From Euglena gracilis (taxonomy: Eukaryota), in assembly GCA_039621445.1 (NCBI GenBank), contig CP154954.1, positions 47,905,847 to 47,969,846 of the forward strand: a DNA stretch of 64,000 nt, read 5' to 3'. Shown here piece by piece: positions 37,000 through 51,200 of this stretch. Both the position numbers and the translations under genes were made by a program. The notes under the pieces were generated by a model. The model searched no databases, was not told the origin of the DNA, and worked only from the letters and a program-made list of their open reading frames with translations. The first letter of the stretch is position 1; each line of letters opens with the position of its first letter.

Positions 37000-39900
37000 G
37001 GTCAATGTGGGCTGGTCGGCGACATTGAGGACGAGTGGGGGGGAAAGCTTCCAGGGGCTGCAGTCACCGCCAGTGGTAGCGTTGAAGCGCAGAGCGACGA
37101 AGAAGGCAGAGGCCGCCGCACTGGTATTAAGCTTACGGCCCGCCTTTGCACACGCCAACTCCATGTGCCAAGTGTGCATGTGGGGACCCTGGAGCCCCCC
37201 CCCCCCCCCATGGTTAAACACAAAATGCGGGCAAACTTTTGGGGGTGGGGGCAATTCACTTGGTACGACTTTGGTGTTGATGTGGAAAATAAGCAAATGA
37301 AACTGAAAAATGTGGTGACAAGGTTGCAAAGTTAAACATAGAGAGCTGGGTGAATTGGTACATGTGGAGGACAACTGCCGGGGCAAGCACCACGGCAGGG
37401 GGGGGGGGGCATATTGGTTAATCCATACATCGATACTTATATCCACCCACCCATTTATCCATCGGCACACCCATCCATTCCACCCAGCAATCAATTCCAT
37501 ATACGCTCGTGCACAAACTTGCATTGAACATAAAAAAAAATATAAAAAATATGTGTATACATAGATCGACAAAAAATATACATTTTTGGTCAACTTTTAG
37601 GGCTACCTTGGTTTGATACTAAGACTAGACTACTTAGTTTGATACTAAGCCTAGTATATATCTGTGGGGGGGGTCTGGCTGGACGCCGGCATCTTTTTTT
37701 TTGTGGCTGGAAAAGGTGCTGGCAACCTGGACCCCCCCTGGAGGGGAGGGGTGGGGTTTGGCTCAAAGAATTCCCTGAAGAGCAATCGTTGTCCACCGGT
37801 TTTGACGCCTCCGGAAGGATTTCACAAGCCAGCACTCCATCCCACAGGCAGCCTCTGGGCTGGGGGGCAGGCAGCATCACTGGAGGGCACTGGAAGCCAA
37901 AGGAGGGACGACAGGGCAGTGGGGGGCAGGCTTCTTTTTCATACCCGGGCTGCCGGCCCAGGGCCCAGACCCAGACCCGGACCCGGACGCCCCCCCCCCA
38001 GGGGGTCTTCCAAGTTAAGGAGAAGCCTGGGGGGGGAGCTGAAGGGTTTGCGACCAGTGAGACGCTGGGGGCGGGGACGCCCTCCCGTGGCAGCCAACCT
38101 TGCGTTTTCGTCGAGGGTGGCCGTCCGGTGGCCCACGGAGGCCCGTTAGGTTGGAAAACCTGAATCAGAAGTCGACCTTTCTGGGCAAAAAATGGGTTGG
38201 AAGCCTTTCACTTAAACAAACTCCCTATCCCCTAGCCATACCATGCATTTTACGGTGGGGAAAGGATCTCGATGCTTCACGCCCAGGGACACTCCCCAGC
38301 CAGGCAGGCTGTCACACCCCACACCGAAGCAAAAAAAAAAAAAACAACAAAAAGGAGGCGGTCCGAAGAAGCAGCAAATTCATGTGGGTCCAGTTAAAAG
38401 TCATTCACCCTTGGGGATGCTCCCGCACCGCGTGGATCAGTGTGTTCTGTCTGCACCACGTGTGGCGCCGGGTGCACCGCGTGGCACCACATGACAAGAA
38501 TCAGGTACAAACTGAAAATGACTCCTCGAGAGAGAAACACCTGCGAAAACACCCAGCGATTCCAAAAATGGAACAACAGAACAATTTGGGTGACATTGGT
38601 CGTTTTTAGCTGGTTTCAGCCCACATTTCAACTGGTTTTGCCACCACATCTCAATGATTCTGTTCAAACGGCTATTGCATCTCTGCAAGTGGCACAAAAT
38701 GGTCAAAAGTGGCCAAAAATGGGCACCAAAAAATGCAAAAAAAAGCCAGAAATTGATGAAAAAAATTGCATACAAATGGCCAAACGTGGTCTAAATTGCT
38801 AGATGCAGCCCAAAATGGCTGACAGTGGCCAAAAGTAGTCCAAAATGGCCAAACAATGGAGCCCAACAAAAAAAGGAAGGGAAACTGACTAAAAGTGAGG
38901 TGCTGATGAAATAATATGTGAAATTGCACAATTGGAAATGATTTTTCTCACACAATGCATGCGGTGTGCCACGGGTGCACGCGGTGCCGAGATGTGTGAG
39001 AGCGTCCCCCTTACCCCCTGCGAGCTGTTCATTTGAAGAAAGCTAATCAGCTCTTTGCAGTGCCCGACCCCATTGTCTTGGAAGGGCATGCCCTGTGGTA
39101 CTATTTTCACTCAGCCCAGCAGGGCAGTGGGGCGCGGGCAGGGGCGGCGGCAGAGGGTCGCCGGGGTCGTGCGGGGGGCCCGCGGCGGAACATCGAAAGG
39201 GCCGGGCCACGGCTGGCGGTTGGGGCCCACAGCACCGAAAGCCCCGGCGGAGCGCTGCCGGTGGCTCGGTTCGGGGCCACGACCCCCCCCCAGGTGTCAT
39301 TGGTCAAACGGAAACCAGTCCAAAAAGCCGAGAACTTATGCCCGGGGAATGGGGGGAGGGAGGGGCAAAGATCATGCTGTGTGCCTGCACCTGAGGCATG
39401 TGTATGTGTTGATGTGCGCAGGCACAATCGTGTAAATTGGGAAACCCCAGCAACAAAAAAAGATGGCAGCACAGACGATCATGGGACCAAATGCCAGAAA
39501 ACCGCATTCATCGAGACGCCACCCCAAGCCGAGGGAGGCATGCGCATCTTGGGGAAGGCCGGGAAGAGCCGGGGGCGCCCCTGCCGAATATACAACTGTT
39601 AGTTCCAGTCAAATGGGGGCAACCGTGGGAGCCGCATAGGTGGGAGACAGGGGCCCGCTCCACCGTGGGGGGGAGGAGGAGTGCGGCGAGTCGAGGCAGA
39701 GGAGGGGGTCAGCGCTGGCAGTGGAGCGGTGGCCTGGGCCCAGGGCCGCTGCCGGGGCTCCAAGCCGGGGGGCGAGGGCAGGGCTGTGTGGGAACGCCTG
39801 GTGGGGGGAGGCAGCCCCTCAGCAGGATTTGATTGAGGGAAGAGGGGAAGAATGGCCGGGGGGGGGGATGTGCCGGTCCGGCTCGAAAAATATGCGCAAA

Positions 39901-41230
39901 AAAATGATAAAATGCACATAAATGTGGTGAAAAGAAGGAAATGACGAAAAAAATGTGCCAGAAAGAAACAAATGCGCTGGAAAAGTATTGGAAAAAAAAT
40001 GTGCAAAAAAATGTGATAAAATGCACAAAAATGCACATTTTTGGAAAAACTGCGCAAAAAAAAGGCGCAAAAAAATACAAAAAGACATCCCCCCTGCACT
40101 GCCTCGAAATTCTGGCAAGGCTGCTCCTGCTGGCGGTGGTGGTAGAGGAGCCCCCCTCTCTACCCCTTCCCTTCTTTACATCGAACCCAGGGGGGGGGAC
40201 CCGCCAGGGTAATTAGACAGTTCAACATAGGAAAAATTCCTTCGGCACCGAAGGGACCTTCAACCTGAAGAACGGCGGCTCGGGCACACCGGGAAGGGGG
40301 CCGACGCCGGCTGGGGCTGGCCATCCCGGTTGGCCCTGGGCACGGGAAGGGGGGCCATCCGGGCGGAAGGGAAGGGAAGGGAAGGCGGAGCGAGGGGAGG
40401 CCTGGGGCAAGCACCCATGGTCAGCCAGAATCCCAGGCGCAGTCACGCCTGGTCACGCCCGGTCACGGCCAGTCGCGCTCCGTCATTCCATGGGTGCTTG
40501 GCTCGGGAGGCCGAGGAAGGCGACAGCGAGAGAATGAGACGGCAGCGCGGGCTCTGCCGGCCGCAGGCGTGCTTTGAAGCCCCCCCCTGCGTTCAGCGGC
40601 CTTGAAACCCAGTGGCCAGACTTCCCAAAGCCCACTGGGACAGGGACCAGAAGGCCGTCGCATCCTATTTTCCCAAACCCAAACGGTTGGGGGGCATACT
40701 CTGGGGGATACATCATTCTGGTGCTAACCTCACTTTCAACCTGCCTCAAATCATATTTTGAAACCATTTCGAGCGTTCATAGGAAAACTCTGCAAAATTT
40801 CCCAGAATTTTTTTTGCACTTTGCAATTGAAAGTTTATGGGCTGATCCCACTGGACAAAGCGATACCCAACGTTTCATTTCAGTCGACCAAAAAGGTGGT
40901 CCGGCAACCTGAATAATGGTCCTCTGCTCTGAGCCCTGAGCCAGGTGCCAAAAAGGTGCCGGCTGGCAGGACAACAGACAGACGGGGGGGGGGGTAGAAT
41001 CCCATGTGGCTCACAAGATCGGAAATACCTTTGGGCGGCCAGGGTTGGGGGGGAAAGACGCCTGGCCAGCGGTCAGCGCCTCCACGGCCCAAAGTCACCA
41101 AAGAGGGGGGAGGAGGTGTGAGGGCGCAGACCGGGGCGCAGGGATGGGGGGCTTGGGATGTGGCCTCAAACACGGCTTGCCGCAATAGATCTGGCGAGGC
41201 AGATGACCCCGGCAGCCGGACCTCCAAGCC
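37000..41230 (-). CDS. Probable scattered exons of a hypothetical protein (frames unresolved)
   Basis: GC-rich islands between repeats, e.g. LEVRLPGSSASPDLLRQAVFEAT (~41160-41230) and SAAASAFFVALRFNATTGG (~37065-37125). Junctions not verified. Confidence 0.3.
37927..38029. mobile_element. Short MITE, CAGGCT-TIR family
   Basis: CAGGCTTCTTTTT / AAGGAGAAGCCTG. Flanked by poly-G, so the TSD is uninformative. Confidence 0.55.
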
Positions 41231-41648
41231 CAAAAGTCAGACCCCCCCCGGAAGTCTGACTCAACAGATTTTTTTTAAAAAAGAGCGTTCTTTCTTTTAC
41301 GGGGGGGGGTAAATTGTGTAAACCGCAGGTTGACATTGCGAGTTCGCAATGAAGAGTGCAGTGCAAGCGAGAGAGAAAAATAACGCGAGGGAAGATGATG
41401 TCTCATTCTGCTCATTATTTCTGCTCTGCCCATTGCGCCCCACTAGCAAAATGACACTGCACCCCCATCGTGAAAGAACAGAAGGGCGGAGTGCAACGTG
41501 TCACGCAGAGAGCTGCTAGTATTCATTTTTCATCAGCTGGCAATAGTGCAAAGGCAAAGGCCAGTTTAGCATATTCCGCCAAAATCACGCACGTGGAGTG
41601 GTGCATTGGGCAATTCCAGGTCGGGACAATTCCCACACGCGTACCGAA

Positions 41649-41707
41649 ACACACACACACACACACACACACGCACGCACGCACGCACGCACGCATGCAC
41701 AGGCACG

Positions 41708-41752
<45 letters not shown>

Positions 41753-41760
41753 ACACACAC
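41649..41760. repeat. (CA)n/(CACG)n microsatellite
   Basis: Direct inspection. Confidence 0.9.
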
Positions 41761-42165
41761 CTTGACCGACAGACAAAAACACACAACACAAAATCCTTTC
41801 ACTGTAAAAAGTGGTTACCTGCAGCCTGCAACGAAACAGGCACGATTTCTTCCACAACCAACAAAACCAACAGCGGAAAATCCAGAGTTGTTGCTCTGAG
41901 TGACAAAGGTCCATTAGGAAATGTGAGACAAACATATTTGATACAAGAACCGGCAAGGACAGCAGGCCTCCAGCAACCATCCCTGGCAGAAAGCAAGAGG
42001 GAAATCGCAGCTGGGCAGCCGGCGCAGCTGAGGCCCCTTTCGGCTGTCTGCCGAGGGGGCTATTGACTTTGTGCACGGGTGAGGATGGCCGTGTTTGAGG
42101 TGTGGGCGTGGGTGGATATGTCTATGGATTGGGAGTTTGTGTGCTTTGTGTGTCTGTGTGTGCCT

Positions 42166-42423
42166 CAGAGGCTTTTCCAGGACCTGGGGGGGAGGGGGAG
42201 TCAAGACCTGCCCACCCACCCCTGGGGGGCTTGGGGGGGGGGGGGGCTCGGGAAACCAACTTTTGGGGTCAATTTTGAGGTCCCAAGAAATTGTTTCGTG
42301 CCAAAAATAGAAGGGAATCCCACCTTGGGCGGCGTGCTTGGCCCGACCCCCTGGGGGGGGTGGACCCACCCACCCAGCCTCCCCTTCCCCCCTGGGTAAG
42401 CACACTTAAAAAAAAAGTCTCTG
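42166..42423. mobile_element. Degenerate MITE
   Basis: CAGAGGCTTTT / AAAAGTCTCTG. Flanks GTGTGCCT vs GTGCACAT (5/8). Confidence 0.45.
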
Positions 42424-44608
42424 GTGCACATGTGCAATCCATGCGAAAGGTGTGTGTGGTAAGAGTGCCACTATCATAAGGCGTCAGGCGGGCGGGAGCA
42501 GTGGGATCCTCGGCGAAAGCGCAGGGGCTCACGCGGACGATGAGGCACCTGGATTTGGACCAGAGACAGCTCAGTGGGTGCAACACTCCCTGTGGTTTGC
42601 AGCACTCCCTGTGGTAGCACGGATAATGCTGGATCTAGATGCCTCATGCTGAGCGCCAATGTACGGCCATCGGCCGTCGGGCCAGAGTAGGCTGACATCA
42701 ACAGCTTGGGGGTGTGCTGTGATTGTTGTTTGTTTTTGAAATTGACAGTTCATTTATGAGTTGGTGAGCAGGGCGGTCCGAAAGGAAAAAAAAATCTCTC
42801 CGCTGCCCAGCACACAGGAAAATGCGCAAAGAAATTTGGCATTCTTCGGTGACAACAGGTCGACATCAGGGGAAAAAAACTGAATCTTGGCATCCTTGGA
42901 CCATCGCCCATCCACCCAAATCATCAAAAAATGTGCTTTTTGGACTTTTTAGTTTGGGACGTTCAGGTCCAGTTTGCCCGAAAGGGGGGCTGTCCGTAAG
43001 AAAATAAAAAAAATACTTTCCTGTCCCTTAAGGACCGCCCTGTTGGTGAACAGAATTTGTGGCTGGGGGTTGGAGGCTTTTGTGCTGATGGCCACTGCGA
43101 AATATGGAAACGCCATGGGTGGGTCCATGCTGTGGCCAATCACCTGCAAACCCCACGCGATATCTTGAGAATATCCGACTGGAATAGCACCTGAACAGAT
43201 ATAAATAGCACATAAACCGACATAGGAAACCTGCACCTCCTCACAATTACACCCCCATCCTTCAGCTGGGGGTGAAAACAACGTGGGCCTTCGTTGTCAA
43301 AACACGCAAATCAAACTCAAAACCACTCAAAAACTCAAAAAAAAGGTTGAATTGTAAATTCCTCCAGGGGCTCCCAAGGGTGAACACCTCTTTGTGGGAG
43401 AGGAATAAATCGTACATCCTCTGGGGAGAATTATTCATAATGGCATCCTTGTGGAACTTTTCCGGGAACCCACTGAGCCTCGGTTCAAGAAAACACCAAC
43501 TTATGAAGACTGTTTTATCATCAAACCGGATCCCATAAAATTTGGGGTTAAAAAACCAAAAACACTTTAAAAATGCCACTTTTTGGCCAACCTTGACCAG
43601 TCAAAAATGCACAAAATGCACAAAAAAAATGCGCATTTTTCCAAAAAAAAATGCGCAAAAAATGTGCAGAATCTGACAGGAAGAGCGCAAGTGTCATGAA
43701 AATGGAAAACAGCAACAAATTTACAAGAATTATATGGTACTATGACGAAAATCCAAGCTTAAGAAGTCAAAAATTTTCAAAAATGCAAAAATGCAAAATT
43801 ATGAAATTTTGTCCAAAATGCACAAAAAAAAGATAAATGACAAAAAAAACACCAAAATGGAAAAAATGTGCTGAAAAAATTCAAGGCAAAAAAAAATGCG
43901 ATAGATTGCACATGATTGGAAATTGCACACAAACGAGAAAACGTTAAATGTCACATCCGAAAATGCACAAAACGCCCAACCCTTGGCTCTCAATTTCTGA
44001 AAAACTTCGGCACTCGCGCCGAAAAGTTTTTTGGTCCAGCGTGGCCAGCTTCGCTAGGCTGGCCCCAACTGTGTTTGGGATCAGCAACCTGGCTGGGAGC
44101 TGCTCGCTGATAAAAACGTGCTGGCTGACTGGACCCCTCCTCTGTGGGTTGGGTCTCCGCCGGCTTAAGGAATCCCTGCAAAACAGTTCAATAACCTGTG
44201 AAAAGATGTGGGGGAAAAAACCCACTGAGAAAGAATTCATTTATCCCAATGTTCTCCGTCATCAAACACGACACAAACAAACAGGCAAGGTTCATTTGCA
44301 GGGAATCTCAGCAAGCCAGAAAAACACATATCTGACCACCAAAATGTCATTGCTGGTGTGACGGCCGGCAAACGGACACCCACGGCATATCGGCGCTGGG
44401 GATTCGGTTCGCTGGGTCAGTGGCCATATATGCAGCGAGCACTGCAGTTCAGGGTCACAGACAGAGTTGAAAGTTTGGGGGGGGGGGGGCACTGGCAGCG
44501 GGAGGGTGTGAGCAGTGGCTAGGTTGGTGGAGGGGTGTGGGTGGTTGTCTGGTTGTGGGTGTGGGCATGGCTGCAGATGTGGGGGGTGATTTTACTGGAA
44601 TCCTGCAA

Positions 44609-44944
44609 AATACAATCACTTATTCACTGGCCGACCCTATCCCCCCGGGGGGTGGATGACTGGCTTTTTCAGAGTGACTGATTGGTTTTTGGCTCAGACC
44701 TCCCCCCCCCCCCGGAGGGGTCAGCAAAAAAACTACTAAAATGACCCGGCACCGAAGGTGCAGGAAATTTTTTGGGCCATTTTTTTTTCATGTTTTTGGT
44801 CAAATTTCCTTTGGATTCTAGAGTGGCCGACGACCCCCCTGGGGTGGGTAGTGACTGCCTGGTTTCCCGAAAAAAGTGCCGAACTGGTTTTTCGAAGAGT
44901 GGAGGGAGTCCGGGGGGGGGGGGGTCGGTAAAAAAAATTGTATG
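44609..44944. mobile_element. MITE of the CATACAAT / ACCAGTCAGTCAC family (reverse orientation)
   Basis: Ends AATACAAT...ATTGTATG. Flanks TCCTGCAA vs TCCTCGAA (6/8). Homologous to 59459-59750. Confidence 0.6.
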
Positions 44945-45264
44945 TCCTCGAACCTGCTACGATACAAAAGAATGAGCAAACTGCCACACTTTTACAATTG
45001 GCATTGGCATTTTTCATGTTGCCGAGTGTTTGATTGGTGGAAATTGTTCATGCGAGACTCAAAACGAGTCTCGCATCCAGTTTGACCCCGTCTATCAAAA
45101 CACCACGCGGCCCGAACTGGTGGCCAGACGCGGGAACGCAGAGCCAGGTGTCAGCGATACGGCCACAGCTACTGGCAGTCTGCCATTCCGAGCGGCGGCA
45201 CCATATCCACCCAAGGAGAGTGAGGGAGCATTTCGTGTCCCTTTCGATTTACCGAGGGGGGGGG

Positions 45265-48200
45265 TCAATTCATCGTTGCCGAGGCACCGGATGGCACACA
45301 CTGCAAGCAGAAAGGGCAGCCCGGGCAGCTGAGAACGACGACGTAGATATTCCCGTATGAATCCCCGAACGCCATCTTGGCCGTCAGGCCGCAGGAGAGG
45401 CAATACACGGGGGCCTTGGTCGGCGCCATGGAATCACTTATTGACCCCCCCCATGGAGGGCGCGTTTCCCAAGCCCAAACCCACCCACCCGCTCCTTTCT
45501 TAAAAACCCACCCACGCATGACCCAGGGGGTCAACCCACCCACCCACCATCCACCTAAAATCACCTGCCCATTGTGCACCCCCAAGCCCCATGGGCTGGG
45601 GGGCAACCCACCCACCCACACAAATCTCCGGAATCCACCTGTGTGACCCCTTCCATCAGGGGCAGGCGACACAAGTGTTAAATGAGTCCATGGTCTGGAA
45701 CGAGACCACCTCCTCCCCCGTTTCCGGGTGGAAGATGTACACCGCCCGGTCGTTGCACACCGCCACAATGTAGCTGTGTGTGGGGGAGGGTGGCAGGGAG
45801 GGGGGACTTGCGACACATTTGCAGGATGGATACAAACCCCTTCCTCAATCTGAACCCTCCCCGGTGTGCTGTTTGGGTGAATGAGTTGGGTGAATGAGTT
45901 GGCTATTGGGTGAATGAGTTGTTTGGACGCCTTATCCGCAGGGTTGTTATTGTTGACCTTACTCAGGAAGCGTGCATTTGAATGGTTCAAAGCAATTCTT
46001 ACGGTTAAATTTTCCTGCGTGCATATTTGCCGACCACCAACTGTTGTTATGCATTAAGTGCCCAGAGGGCAGAAAACATTTGCCTTTGAATTTCTTTCCC
46101 CAGAGACATCGGTCAGAAAATGATTATAATAATACCCATATCTTTTGGAAACGCTATTGCCAAAAGCTTCTGCATGTCCACAAACAACAGCATCAGCACC
46201 AAGCAGCAGTTGCAGCGTGTGCAGCAGTGGGGGGGGGAGACTCCAGAGTGGGTGGCATGGCGAGGATACATACAAGCCAAAGAGTCCCGGCGCGTAAGTG
46301 GAGAGGGTCCAGGCGAGCTTCCGCATGGAGCACTTCTTCCCCAGCGGCTGGACGCTGCGGGCAAGCAGGCCATCCAACCCAAGTCCCCCTCCCCCCCTTC
46401 TGGTGACTGAATGTGTGGGAGAGGTCTGAGGGCACCGCGGGGGGGGGGGGGCACAAGCCCACACAGGTACACACACAGATCTGATGCAGTTCTGAGGCAC
46501 CAGGCCTGCATGAGGCCAGCCAGGCCACGCGCAGGCCTGGCCTCCTGGCGTGGCCAGGGGGAAAGCACAGGCGTGTGGTGAAAGGTGTGCACGAGCGCCC
46601 TCGGACCGTCTGCAGGGGTCCAAATGAATGGAGACGGGACGGCGACGTTGGAGCCTCGCGCTCGGGCATCCCGCTTTTCTTTCCGCCAAGAAACGGAAAA
46701 CGTCTGCTGCTTCCCTGTTTGCTGTCAGCTAGAATAAAATCCTCCCCCCAATGAGACCCCCCTGCCCATTTTCAGCAAAAATCCAAATGGTGGAAAGATC
46801 AAAAAATAGACCCCCTCAAAAATTATGAAGCCGCCCCAAAGGGGTTTTTTTTGACATTTTCATTCTCCATTTTTCGCTCGTGCCAAATTGGCACCTTCTG
46901 GGACAGTTTGTGTGCATTGCTGAATATCCTGCTCTTTGGGCATATATTTTGGACCCTCCAGCGGGAAAGTTTTTTCGGTTGAAACTTTCAGCAAAAAAAA
47001 AATAGAAATAGAAAATAACAACACCAAAGTGCACACCTGGGGTCTTATATATTTGGAAGAGGGTTGTCAATAAACCCCGGGGAAGCGGTCGGTTAAATTC
47101 CGACGCCATCAGGCGTCTGTGACGGTTGGGCCACTGTCGGCCACTTCTGCAATAACCCACCCCCAATTAGGGTGGGTTATGACTTCAAAAACAACAACAA
47201 CCAGTCAATCACCCCTGGCCTGGGGGAGGGGGCACACAAATGGCATGGCTTTACCCCAACAGAGACACCGGGGGATGGACACCTGTTGACCTCGAACATG
47301 CGAGTGCAGAGCCCGGTCTCCACGTCCCACACGTGCACGATGCTCTCGTCGTTGGACACCACGCTGCGGCCGTCTTGGGAATACGTGCAGGCGAGCACGA
47401 TGCCCCGGTGGCCCCGTAGCACCCGCCTGCCGGGGGTGGGGGAGGAGCTGATGGCCGGGTACTCCGCCCGAAGGTCATGCCTTTCTCTGACCGCAGAGTG
47501 GGTTTTGCATTCACGAGTATCAGAGAGGCTGTGAAGCACAATGTGATTTTGCCGAAGTCAAAAGTCAAGTCAAGTCCCATTTACAACTTGCCTGGAGAGG
47601 ACCGGGAAGCGGGGGAGAGGGCAGGCAGGGGCATACAGAGTTTGGCCGGTGGTGGCGGACCAGATGCGAAGTGTTTTGTCCGCGGCGGCAGAGCAGATGC
47701 ACTCGCCATCTGGTGCATATGACACCGCGACGATGATGCCTGCGGTGCACGCGACCCACATGGATGGGACCGCGACGGGGCCTCAGAAGGGGGGGGGGTC
47801 GCTGCGCGCTGGCGACAAGCCAGAAACCCACCGTCACATTGGCATACAACGTTGGGGAGCAGGGGCTGTGCCACGCCACCATTGGCTCATAAATTGTCAT
47901 GCAGGTTGGTGGGTTTTTCTTGGAAAAATAAGCCATAAGCCCAGGGGGGAAAACTGTACGCGGGCCATTCAAAATCTGCACTGCAAAAAAAACTGCAAAA
48001 AAATTGCAAAAAAAAACTGCAAAAAAAACTGCACTTCAACAAAAAAAACACAATAAACAAGCCGTGAATATAGCATGAATAAACAAATTCATGCAATTCG
48101 CATTAACCCTTTTGCTGTCGTCATCTTCAAAACTGTGCAGCAAATGCCAAGCGTGAATTGGGATTGCTCATGGAAATAATCAGTCAAATTATGGTTTATG

Positions 48201-51200
48201 GTTTATGGTTTATGGTTTTTCGTGCACTGAAATGCTGTTTTGTGACAGAAAAACTATTGCCCATCTTTACTGCCCCGATCATGGCTTTTCCTCCTTTCGT
48301 TGACCACAAGACAAAGCATGTGTTTGAATGCCAGCCTTTTCCAAAATGTGACATGCTTTTCAATTTCAATCTTGTAAAGCTTTTTGCTGATTTTCTGCTA
48401 CAAAGAAGCTGTAAATCTTTTTAGAAACCCTTTGCCCTCTACAAAAAAAAACATCTCCTCCTTATGAATGTGGAATGATCACGACGAATCTTCCAAGGTT
48501 AACTTTTCCAGAACTTTTCTCTAAATCAAAGACCTGGTTTGGCAGCTGATCGTTTTCTCAAGTGTGCAATTACCACGTTGATCTGTTGTTGCTCCTTAAC
48601 TCAGCCCACAACCAGACCCGCCATTGTCTCCTTTGTTTATGATAAGCCTCACCCTTGTGGCTCACCATGAAGAAACAAAACCACCCACCATAACCAGCCC
48701 GGTGTCCCCTGCTAACTGCACGCAAGGCCGCATTCATTCCACCAAAGATTCCAAATGGGTGAGAGTTTCAAACCCGAACTCTGCTGGGAGAATTTTGAGG
48801 TCACAAAATTCAATCTTCAAATTTTGAAATGATGGGAAACCGATGGAAGTGGGCCAGTGGCCTGACATCGCCCAGTGGCCTGACATGAAGTTTGTGAACA
48901 CCGGCAGCTCGGGTGAACCATGTCATCGCCATTGCCCAGGTTCAGACCCCCCCGGGGGGGACAGACAAAACGAACAAAACAGCATTTTTATTGCATACAC
49001 GTTCACTTGGACCAGCACACAAACCTTCATGCTCAGTGTATGCCAGCACCTCACGCCGCTTACGGATGTCCCATTTGCGACAGATTTTGTCCTGACAGCC
49101 TGCAAAAGGGAGGCGGGCGACGTCGTCTGAAATGCACACTAACACGTACGTCCGCAACGATATGCCCTCAGGATGGCCAGGCTGCCGCGGTCCAGAAACA
49201 ACAGGGAGAGGGAGAGCCGGCCGGCTTGTTGTACAGCGGTGGGGGGCCAGAGCGGAGGCGGAGACCTGAGACAACGTACTTCCCGTCGCGGGAGAAACAG
49301 CAGCACAGCACCACCTTCTCGTGGTCGAAGACGGAGACCTGCTGGCCGATGACGGCGTCCCACAGGATCATGGTGTTGTCCCGGGAGGTGGTGGCCAGGA
49401 ACTTGGAGTCCAGCGAGAAGCAGGCGCTGATGACCGTGTCCTGGAGGGCACAGAAAGAAGCGCAGTGGCACAAAGAAGGGGCTGGGCCGCTCGCTCTGCG
49501 GTCTTTCTGCTCGCTATTGCACGGTCAGCTTGGTCGGCAGTGCTGGCCCTGGGCCAGTCGGACCTTGTCAACTATGGCAACGCAGCTGGCTTCCGGGGGG
49601 GGGGGGGGGCAATCCCAATGTTTTTCCAAATCGACGCTTCGCAATTCCCTCATGGAGTCAATGGCAAAACCTTGGCGGACGGATGCAACACGCATTGCAT
49701 GTCCTAAATTGCAAGGAAGGGGCTACACCTCGTGGCCAAAGAAGGACAGGACCTCCCGGCCGGTGTAGATGTCGTACATCACGATGGCTGTGTCCTCGTG
49801 GGCGCACGACACATAATGGTTTTCGCTCGGGGTCAGCGTGGTACACTTCACCCGGCTGGGGGCGGCACCACACCTCGGGGTGAGACGATCACACGTCCCT
49901 CTGGAGCATTCCGATCCAAACAGCATCATCGGATTCTTCACTCCTGAAGGAAACACAAAATCCTCACAACAAACAGAAATGGTGGGGACAAACAACCGCG
50001 AAGCAAAGACTGAAGAACTTGACAGAGAAACTCCAAAGACAGGATGCCATCCACTTTGCATGCCAGTCTCGGCGAATTGCTCTCGCGGTGGGCAACATTG
50101 GGTGCGTTGTGTGTTTAAGTGGTGTGTGTGTCTGTGTGTGTGGCATGTGGACGATAATGTTTGTGTGAGCACCCGCGTGCTCCTCGGCATGCAAATACAT
50201 AACCACACACACCGCCACCACAGAGGTGGCCATCCCCCCCTCGGCCCCTTTCGCCCCATTGCGGGGGCGGTGCCGGGCGGCGTGGCCCAGCAGCGTGTAC
50301 TGGTCGTAGTGGCGGATGCGGCGCTCCTCGAGGCGGCGGATGTGCAGGAGCTCGTCCAGCCGCGACACGGACCGCCCCGGCGCCGCCGCCGCCTGCACGA
50401 TGGCGTCGTCCAACACCGACTCCATTGCGATGCAGAAGTCCCCGAACTGGAACGCCGGCAGGGCCCGGCCTCGCCCCTCGGCGCATGTGCCACTGCGGTT
50501 TGGGGCAGGGATGGTGGTACCACACCACACCACGCCACGCCACGCCACGCCACGCCACGCCACGCCACGCCACGCCACACCACGCCACGCCAGACCACAT
50601 CACACCACGCCACGGCACGGCACACGGTACCACACCACACCACGCCACGCCACGCCGCTCCACGCCACGCCACGCCACGCCACGCGGCTCCATGCCACGC
50701 CACGCCACGCCACGCCACGCCACGCCACGCCACGCCACGCCACGCCACGCCACGCCACGCCACATCACACCACGCCACGCCACGCCACGCCACATCACAC
50801 CACGCCACGCCACATCACACCACGCCACGGCACGGCACACGGTACCACACCACGCCACGCCACGCCACGCCGCTCCACGCCACGCCACGCCACGCCACGC
50901 CACGCCACGCCACGCCACGCCACGCCACGCCACGCCACGCCACGCCACGCCACGCCACGCCACGCCACATCTCACCACGCCACGCCACACGACGCCACGC
51001 CACACCACGCCACAACACACCACACACCTTGGGGGATGGAGAGGCGGCGATGTAAACAGTTACGTGCGCACACACGAGCCAGCTGGTGCACGCGATGCAA
51101 CGCAATATTACTTTGTCCAGGGTGATTGGTGTTTTCACGTTGCAAAGTGCCCTGACTTTAAAAAACCAGAATTGAATAAATGTGAACAGCACAAGGCCTC

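Noticed and set aside
42949-43579. Protein-like minus-strand ORF fragments (similar ones at ~9400-9870, 26630-27180 and 62750-63640)
   Set aside because: Lower GC than the real exons, interrupted, and without a recognisable domain. Possibly decayed mobile-element coding sequence, but unsupported.
47935-48648. Apparent 7-bp TSD ATAAGCC for the 47942 element
   Set aside because: No matching TIR precedes the second copy, so it is likely chance.
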